NCBI GenBank assembly: GCA_023136205.1
Contig: JAGLRQ010000060.1
Coordinates: 1 to 5,408 of the forward strand
Reading direction: 5' to 3'
Length of the DNA stretch: 5,408 nucleotides
Source: Candidatus Auribacterota bacterium
GTDB lineage: Bacteria; Auribacterota; UBA6266
Positions 1 through 4,239 of the stretch are shown here, piece by piece. Numbering within the stretch: position 1 is the first letter of the stretch; every line of letters begins with the position of its first letter. The position numbers were made by a program, and so were the translations under genes. Below the pieces are notes generated by a model. It saw only the letters and a list, made by a program, of their open reading frames with translations, made no database searches and was not told where the DNA came from.

Positions 1-638
1 CATTTTTTACCGAGTAGAACGTTTCCTCCGTAGCCTGAACCGACACTCCAGATTGTGTTATCTTCGGGGAAGTGCATAATAAGCCGTTTATTTATATCCC
101 TTTCAGCTTTCCCGTGAAGGCATTTTGTAAACTCCCCGTCATCGCCAAGAGCATTAAGGATTTCCTTTCCCATTCTTGTCATTATTCTCATATTAAGGCA
201 AACATATATGCTATCGGTAAGCTCAATTCCTATTTTGCTGAAAGGAGATCCTGTTGGGCCCATTGAAAACGCGATGACATACATGGTCCTGCCTTTCATG
301 GAGTTTTTAAAAATCGCGCCTGCTTTTTTATATGCTTCCGCGGGTGCCATCCAGTTATTTGTCGGGCCGGCATCTCTTTTTTTAGATGTGCAAATAAACG
401 TGAGGTTTTCAGTTCTCGCCACGTCGTTAACTGCCGTTCTGTGCAAAACACAACCGGGCCATTTCCCCTGATTTAGTTTTATCAATTCTCTGGTTTTAAA
501 GGCTTCTGCTTCAAGTTGTTTTTTCTCTTTTTCTGAACCGTCAAGCCAGATGACTTTATCCGGATTACATAGCTTTGAACAGCTCTTGACCCAGCGTAGT
601 AGTTTTTTATGTTTTGTTAGAGGTTTTGTGGAAGCCAT
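1..638 (-). CDS. pckG: Phosphoenolpyruvate carboxykinase (GTP), N-terminal ~212 codons; the gene continues past the left edge
   Basis: Hand translation of the minus strand from ATG (638..636) is open to position 1. It reads MASTKPLTKHKKLLRWVKSC...AGPTNNWMAPAEAYKK...GRTMYVIAFSMGPTGSPFSKIGIELTDSIYVCLNMRIMTRMGKEIL...FPEDNTIWSVGSGYGGNVLLGKK(C). The blocks NNWM-P, MYVI-FSMGP, GIELTDS-YV, MRIMTRMG and S-GSGYGGN-LLGKKC are characteristic of GTP-PEPCK. An AAGGA Shine-Dalgarno (complement of 649..653) lies 10 nt upstream. The gene is absent from the ORF track because it is truncated by the window edge. Confidence 0.93.
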   Translation of the reverse strand, partial: MASTKPLTKHKKLLRWVKSCSKLCNPDKVIWLDGSEKEKKQLEAEAFKTRELIKLNQGKWPGCVLHRTAVNDVARTENLTFICTSKKRDAGPTNNWMAPAEAYKKAGAIFKNSMKGRTMYVIAFSMGPTGSPFSKIGIELTDSIYVCLNMRIMTRMGKEILNALGDDGEFTKCLHGKAERDINKRLIMHFPEDNTIWSVGSGYGGNVLLGKK

Positions 639-708
639 AGATAAATCATCCTTATTTAGAATATGAACCTGCTTTTAAAAAGATTATCTTACAATTATAG
701 TTGGGGAG

Positions 709-736
709 ATTATAAGCAAATTAGAGTGTTAGTCAA
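709..736 (-). promoter_or_regulatory. Sigma70-type promoter candidate for pckG (TTGACT-16 nt-TATAAT on the minus strand)
   Basis: The reverse complement of 731..736 (agtcaa) is TTGACT. The reverse complement of 709..714 (attata) is TATAAT. The spacer 715..730 is 16 nt. The predicted start near 702 gives a ~64-nt leader to the ATG at 638. Confidence 0.55.
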
Positions 737-815
737 GAGTAAAGATAGGGTTTATACATCATAGTGTTTAATATCTACTAAATAATTGTTTCTTCTCCGA
801 TTGAATATTTTTTTG

Positions 816-845
816 TTGTACTGCGTTGTGTTGATGTATTAATAT
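816..845 (+). promoter_or_regulatory. Weak promoter candidate for the ferredoxin gene (TTGTAC-18 nt-TAATAT)
   Basis: TTGTAC lies at 816..821 and TAATAT at 840..845, in the AT-rich divergent intergenic region. Several alternative hexamer pairs exist nearby, so the placement is uncertain. Confidence 0.25.
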
Positions 846-905
846 ATTGGCGCTTAGGGGATAGTTTTAAAAAGAAAGCTCAAAAATAGGCAAGGAGGGA
901 AAATT

Positions 906-1073
906 ATGGCTCATGAAATCAGCGATGCTTGTGTTGGATGCGGCTCTTGTAAGCCGGAATGTCCGGTGGAGGCAATTTCAGAAGGAAACCCTTATGTAAT
1001 TGATCCTGATAAATGTACGGACTGCGGCGCGTGTATTGCTGTTTGTCCTGTAGACGCGATAAGCCAGAAATAA
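906..1073 (+). CDS. fdx: Ferredoxin, 2x[4Fe-4S] clostridial type, 55 aa
   Basis: ATG at 906 is preceded by AAGGAGGG (892..899), with 7 nt between the GGAGG core and the ATG. Translation is MAHEISDACVGCGSCKPECPVEAISEGNPYVIDPDKCTDCGACIAVCPVDAISQK, with stop TAA at 1071..1073. It carries two canonical CxxCxxCxxxCP cluster motifs. It falls below the 60-aa cutoff of the ORF track. Confidence 0.92.
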   Translation: MAHEISDACVGCGSCKPECPVEAISEGNPYVIDPDKCTDCGACIAVCPVDAISQK

Positions 1074-1087
1074 CATGGATCCAAATT

Positions 1088-1120
1088 AAAAGACTCCTCT
1101 TTGAAAAAGAGGAGTCTTTT
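1088..1120 (+). terminator. Long perfect hairpin after the ferredoxin gene; likely intrinsic terminator that also contains the SD of the next gene
   Basis: AAAAGACTCCTCTTT (1088..1102) pairs perfectly with AAAGAGGAGTCTTTT (1106..1120) around a 3-nt loop GAA. The GC-containing core GACTCCTC/GAGGAGTC is followed by TTTT and preceded by AAAA. The T-run is only 4 nt before the next ATG. Confidence 0.6.
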
Positions 1121-1630
1121 ATGTCTGAAAAGGAGCGAAAATTGAAAAACACCAGGGATAGGATCATAAATATTTACATAGTGAGACATGGCAAAGCTGT
1201 TTCCGGAAATAAAAATCCTCACAGGCCTCTTTCAAAAGAAGGCAAAAAAGAAACGAAAATAATTGCTTCTCTGTTGAAGAAATCACAAATTTCTCCCGAT
1301 GCCATATGGCACAGCGGAAAACTGCGGGCGGAAGAAACCGCTGAAATTTTTAAAGATATCTTATGTGTAAAAGAAAATTGTATAAAAAGGGAAGGGTTAC
1401 TGCCAAATGACCATGTTGAACCGATAGAAAAAGATATTATTGGCTTAAATGAAAGTATAATGATTGTAAGCCATATACCATTTGTAGAAAGGATGGCAGG
1501 GTTCCTTCTCGGGGCGGGATCTTCCCCGCTTGTTTTTGACCCATCTGCCGCGGCTTGCTTTCAGGCGGAAGAAAAACGGGCCTGGCGTTTGAAGTGGTTT
1601 ATTAACCCGTGCTTATTAAAACGGTTCTAA
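1121..1630 (+). CDS. sixA: SixA-type phosphohistidine phosphatase (histidine phosphatase superfamily), ~169 aa
   Basis: Translation is MSEKERKLKNTRDRIINIYIVRHGKAV...RPLSKEGKKE...SGKLRAEETAEIF...IMIVSHIPFVERMAGFLLG...WFINPCLLKRF. The RHG catalytic motif, RPL-x3-G, the S-x3-RA-x-T block, the SH-P second histidine motif and the C-terminal W-x3-PC-LK align along the length of E. coli SixA as I recall it. I prefer the ATG at 1121 with SD GAGGAG at 1109..1114. An in-frame TTG at 1142 with its own AAGGAG (1130..1135) is an alternative. The track's start at 1013 overlaps the ferredoxin CDS and is rejected. Confidence 0.82.
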   Translation: MSEKERKLKNTRDRIINIYIVRHGKAVSGNKNPHRPLSKEGKKETKIIASLLKKSQISPDAIWHSGKLRAEETAEIFKDILCVKENCIKREGLLPNDHVEPIEKDIIGLNESIMIVSHIPFVERMAGFLLGAGSSPLVFDPSAAACFQAEEKRAWRLKWFINPCLLKRF

Positions 1631-1715
1631 AAAAGTATTTTTCCCGGATTTGCAGGCAGCTTGAAAAAATAATGCCACAACAACTCCTTGCTGTGCAAGA
1701 AGTTACAATCATATA

Positions 1716-1723
1716 CCCCCCCC
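1716..1723. repeat. Homopolymeric C8 tract directly abutting a consensus TTGACA box
   Basis: The sequence is atataCCCCCCCCttgaca, with C at 1716..1723 and TTGACA at 1724..1729. It is one of only two 8-nt G/C homopolymers I found by eye in this AT-rich window. Confidence 0.9.
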
Positions 1724-1752
1724 TTGACAAGAGTGCATTTTGGTCGTAAGAA
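1724..1752 (+). promoter_or_regulatory. Possible promoter: consensus -35 TTGACA with a poor -10 (TAAGAA at 17-nt spacing)
   Basis: TTGACA lies at 1724..1729. The hexamer at 17-nt spacing is TAAGAA (1747..1752), a 3/6 match to TATAAT. It is weak unless activated. Confidence 0.25.
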
Positions 1753-1776
1753 AGTAATGTTTTTTTAGGGCACAAT

Positions 1777-1808
1777 CTAAAACGTTTTAGGTTAACAGCA
1801 TCTAACCT
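1777..1808. promoter_or_regulatory. Perfect 14-bp palindrome CTAAAACGTTTTAG overlapping an AGGTTA-N8-TAACCT inverted repeat; candidate operator or RNA structure
   Basis: 1777..1790 is self-complementary over all 14 bp. AGGTTA (1789..1794) and TAACCT (1803..1808) are reverse complements separated by 8 nt. The function is unknown. Confidence 0.3.
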
Positions 1809-1857
1809 TATTACCTGTCGCGCAGGCAGTTATACCTTTTTTCAAAAAAAATCTGTC

Positions 1858-1886
1858 TTGACAGAATAAGGGAATTATTGTACACT
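1858..1886 (+). promoter_or_regulatory. Promoter candidate P1 for the lectin gene (TTGACA-17 nt-TACACT) with an upstream A-tract
   Basis: Consensus TTGACA lies at 1858..1863, followed by a 17-nt spacer and TACACT at 1881..1886 (4/6 match). An A8 run at 1844..1851 could act as an UP-like element. Confidence 0.5.
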
Positions 1887-1890
1887 CACA

Positions 1891-1919
1891 TTGTACGCTT
1901 GTTATGATATATATATAAT
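1891..1919 (+). promoter_or_regulatory. Promoter candidate P2 for the lectin gene (TTGTAC-17 nt-TATAAT); the spacer contains a (TA)5 run
   Basis: TTGTAC lies at 1891..1896 and a perfect TATAAT at 1914..1919, with a 17-nt spacer. The alternating AT run at 1907..1917 spans the spacer and -10 box. Confidence 0.4.
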
Positions 1920-1941
1920 ATTATAAGTAGAGAGTAAATTG

Positions 1942-1972
1942 AAGCCTGATAGAGAAGTCACCAGGCTTTTTT
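1942..1972 (+). terminator. Terminator-like hairpin plus T6 inside the 5' leader of the lectin gene (possible attenuator)
   Basis: AAGCCTG (1942..1948) pairs with CAGGCTT (1962..1968) around a 13-nt loop, followed by a run of six T (1967..1972). It lies downstream of both promoter candidates and 16 nt upstream of the SD AAGGAGGT (1988..1995). The large loop and short stem make it weaker than a textbook terminator. Confidence 0.4.
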
Positions 1973-2001
1973 ATCCAGTTTAATTTGAAGGAGGTAAGCA
2001 A

Positions 2002-4098
2002 ATGAAAAAGATACTTTTAGTTATCGCGCTATTGTTATTATTACCGTTGATAATGCCTGACTTGGCACAAGCTGCTGATGATATCTATTTGAGCAATAGC
2101 CCTGTGGGAATTAACTGCGGTGGAGAGAGCTATATAGCTGCTAACGGCGATGAATATATCGCGGACCAGGAATATACTGCTTCCAACGGTGCTGGTTATG
2201 TAGATGGATATGAATACTCAATTGATGTTTCTTCTTCTCCTCCTATACTAGGGACCGAGGATCAGATTCTTTATCAATCAGAACGCTGTAGTGTAAGTGA
2301 ATATAAGTTTGATTTAGCGAATGGTTTTTATGATGTAAAACTGCAATTTGCTGAGGTCTATTTTAATTATGAACAGGCAAGAGTTTTCAGTGTCTGGTTA
2401 GAAGGCAAAAAACTCATATCTGACCTGGATATATGCAAAGAAGCAGGCGCCAGCTATTATGCCCTGGACTATACCTTTACCATTGAGGTAAAAGATAACC
2501 AGTTAAACATCCAGGCCCGGGCTGCAATAGACAACCCCAAGTTCTCTGCTATTTCAGTTAAACGTCTCATTACTCTTCCGCTGACACAAGCCATGGCTTC
2601 TTCGATTGAGGGCCCTGGCTTAGAAGCAGATAAAGCCGTAGATAGAAATCCTACTACCCGCTGGGCTTCTGGATTCACAGATGACGAATGGATATATCTT
2701 GATTTTGGATATCCGAAGTCTTTTAACACTGTTATGTTGAACTGGGAACTAGCTTATGGTAAATGTTATGAAATTCAAATTTCAGATGATGCTGTTAACT
2801 GGACGGCCGTTTATACAGAGGCTGACCCAGATGGAGAAACAGACATCATTAACGTAGGCACTCAAACTTCCAGATATCTGAGGATATACGGCATTGAGCG
2901 TGCCGTTGATTGGGCGGGGTATTCATTGTGGGAAATTGAAGTTATTTATGAAATGCAATATGCCGTTGTTGCTTCTTCAACTCAAGGTCCAGGCTTTGAA
3001 GCTGATAAAGCTATGGACGGAAATTTTGAAACCAGATGGTCATCAGAAGCCAGTGACCCACAATGGGTTTGCATAGACTTGGATCAACCGACAAAAGTCA
3101 ATAAGGTTACCCTCTATTGGGAGGCTGCCTATGGTAAATCCTATCAAATCCAAACATCAGATGACGCTGTTAATTGGACGGATGTTTATTCAACAATTGA
3201 CTCTGATGGAGGTATAGATGAAATTGCCTTTGACACAGTAACTACACGTTACATCAGGATGTACGGCACTGAACGGGGCACCGACTGGGGCTATTCTTTG
3301 TGGGAGTTTGAAGTTACTTACCAGGATTCCCTGGCTGTTACCGCTACTGCTTCGTCTATAGAAAACTTATGCTACACTGCGGATAAGGCCGTAGATAACA
3401 GTATCTTTACCAGATGGTCGTCAGAGTTTAGTGACCCTCAGTGGATATATATAGACTTTGTTACCCCCAGGACCTTTAACACAGTCAAACTAACCTGGGA
3501 GTTTGCCTATGGCAAAGCTTATGAAATCCAGATTTCAGATGATGCTGTTAACTGGACGGCTATCTATACAGAGGCTGACTCAGATGGAGCAGTAGACATT
3601 ATCAGCGTAGGTATTCAAACTGCCAGATATCTAAGAATGTACGGTACTGAGCGCGCCATCGGTTGGGGGGGGTATTCATTGTGGGAATTTGAGGTGGATA
3701 TGGAGCCAATCCCGGCAGCTGTGGATATAAATCCTAATACTATAAACAAAAAGAGCAAAGGAAAGTATGTGACATGTTATATATGGTTGCCTGTTGAGTA
3801 TGATGTTGGTGATATTGATGTAGCCACGGTTACTATTAGTAATGCGTCTGATGAGTCTGTTTTAGCCGAAGAAACACCAACGGAAGTAGGAGATTTCAAT
3901 TCCGACGGAATAACGGATTTAATGGTTAAATTCGACAGAAATTCTGCCTATGCAATACTTTCTGTTGGTTCTGTGGAAGTTACTGTGAAGGGATTTTTTG
4001 TAGACGGACTTTCATTTGAAGGCTCTGAAGTTGTGAACGTTATGGATAAAGGGAGTGAACACATTAATGAGGAAGATCTTTCATCTATAGAATATTAA
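2002..4098 (+). CDS. Secreted multi-lectin protein, 698 aa: signal peptide, malectin-like domain, 3x F5/8-type-C (discoidin) domains, unassigned C-terminal domain
   Basis: ATG at 2002 lies 7 nt after the GGAGG core (1990..1994). The signal peptide is MKKILLVIALLLLLPLIMPDLAQA|AD, with predicted cleavage after AQA at aa 24. Residues ~28-188 (nt 2083..2565) carry malectin motifs: INCGG, GTEDQILYQSER, NGFYDVKLQFAEVYF, RVFSVWLEG, DLDI-x2-EAG and DNPKFSAISV. Residues ~196-314, 320-438 and 445-565 each carry the discoidin pattern ASS...ADKA-D-x4-TRW-S...D-QW...D...WE-AYGK-Y-IQ-SDDAVNWT...RY-R-YG-ER...YSLWE-EV. Residues 569-683 (nt 3706..4050) are beta-strand-like and of unknown family. No catalytic-domain motif was recognised. 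Confidence 0.95.
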   Translation: MKKILLVIALLLLLPLIMPDLAQAADDIYLSNSPVGINCGGESYIAANGDEYIADQEYTASNGAGYVDGYEYSIDVSSSPPILGTEDQILYQSERCSVSEYKFDLANGFYDVKLQFAEVYFNYEQARVFSVWLEGKKLISDLDICKEAGASYYALDYTFTIEVKDNQLNIQARAAIDNPKFSAISVKRLITLPLTQAMASSIEGPGLEADKAVDRNPTTRWASGFTDDEWIYLDFGYPKSFNTVMLNWELAYGKCYEIQISDDAVNWTAVYTEADPDGETDIINVGTQTSRYLRIYGIERAVDWAGYSLWEIEVIYEMQYAVVASSTQGPGFEADKAMDGNFETRWSSEASDPQWVCIDLDQPTKVNKVTLYWEAAYGKSYQIQTSDDAVNWTDVYSTIDSDGGIDEIAFDTVTTRYIRMYGTERGTDWGYSLWEFEVTYQDSLAVTATASSIENLCYTADKAVDNSIFTRWSSEFSDPQWIYIDFVTPRTFNTVKLTWEFAYGKAYEIQISDDAVNWTAIYTEADSDGAVDIISVGIQTARYLRMYGTERAIGWGGYSLWEFEVDMEPIPAAVDINPNTINKKSKGKYVTCYIWLPVEYDVGDIDVATVTISNASDESVLAEETPTEVGDFNSDGITDLMVKFDRNSAYAILSVGSVEVTVKGFFVDGLSFEGSEVVNVMDKGSEHINEEDLSSIEY
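2587..3696 (+). repeat. Three tandem in-frame coding repeats (period ~375-378 nt), each encoding one discoidin domain
   Basis: The repeat units are about 2587..2943, 2959..3315 and 3334..3696. Units 1 and 3 share long identical runs, for example atttcagatgatgctgttaactggacggc. My hand alignment of their last 177 nt gives 149/177 matches. Unit 2 is clearly more diverged. Confidence 0.9.
3665..3672 (+). repeat. Homopolymeric G8 tract inside the lectin coding sequence
   Basis: The sequence ggtTGGGGGGGGtat encodes G-W-G-G-Y (aa 554-558) near the end of discoidin repeat 3. The equivalent site in repeat 1 is interrupted (tgggcggggtat). Confidence 0.9.
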
Positions 4099-4154
4099 AA
4101 TATGATGGACAGCTTTTGTTTATACAACATTGATTTAAAACGCTTTGTGGATAA

Positions 4155-4186
4155 AAGGCCCGGTTATAGATACCGGGCCTTCTTTC
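4155..4186 (+). terminator. Rho-independent terminator after the lectin gene
   Basis: The 10-bp stem AAGGCCCGGT (4155..4164) / ACCGGGCCTT (4172..4181), with a GC-rich GGCCCGG core, encloses a 7-nt loop and is followed by a T-rich tail CTTTC. It starts 57 nt after the TAA at 4096..4098. Confidence 0.75.
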
Positions 4187-4239
4187 ACCAATAACAATTG
4201 GTATTTAATTTAGAGAGAACCGGAAATCCGGAGGTAAAA

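Noticed and set aside
72-471. Plus-strand ORFs 72..266 and 208..471.
   Set aside because: They lie entirely antisense to the strongly supported PEPCK coding sequence and carry no recognisable motifs.
1013-1120. The upstream part of track ORF 1013..1630 (start at ATG 1013).
   Set aside because: It overlaps the last 61 nt of the well-supported ferredoxin CDS in another frame and reads through the terminator hairpin. It has no SD. The SixA homology begins only after 1121.
919-1222. Minus-strand ORFs 919..1167 and 992..1222.
   Set aside because: They are antisense to the ferredoxin and SixA-like genes. They have low-complexity translations with no recognisable motifs and no SD.
1672-1749. A 25-codon ORF (MPQQLLAVQEVTIIYPPLDKSAFWS) spanning the C8 tract.
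   Set aside because: It has no Shine-Dalgarno upstream (ttgaaaaaataATG) and no recognisable peptide family. It is most likely chance in a 370-nt intergenic region.
1760-1842. A tRNA or other known structured RNA gene in the intergenic region.
   Set aside because: There is no cloverleaf arrangement, no T-loop GTTCGAATC-like or D-loop consensus, and the stems are AT-rich and short. It is kept only as a speculative sRNA or operator region.
2469-3076. ORFs 2469..2729 (-) and 2894..3076 (+) inside the lectin gene.
   Set aside because: They are out-of-frame or antisense readings within a 698-aa ORF that has clear domain homology. They are shadows of the real frame.
2587-3696. Possibility that the ~375-nt periodic repeats are a CRISPR array or a mobile-element repeat.
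   Set aside because: The units are far too long and are contiguous without spacers. They are in frame and each translates to a complete discoidin domain.
4220-4231. Mini-hairpin CCGG-AAAT-CCGG overlapping the SD of the GH116-like gene.
   Set aside because: It has only 4 bp and is too weak to argue for translational control.
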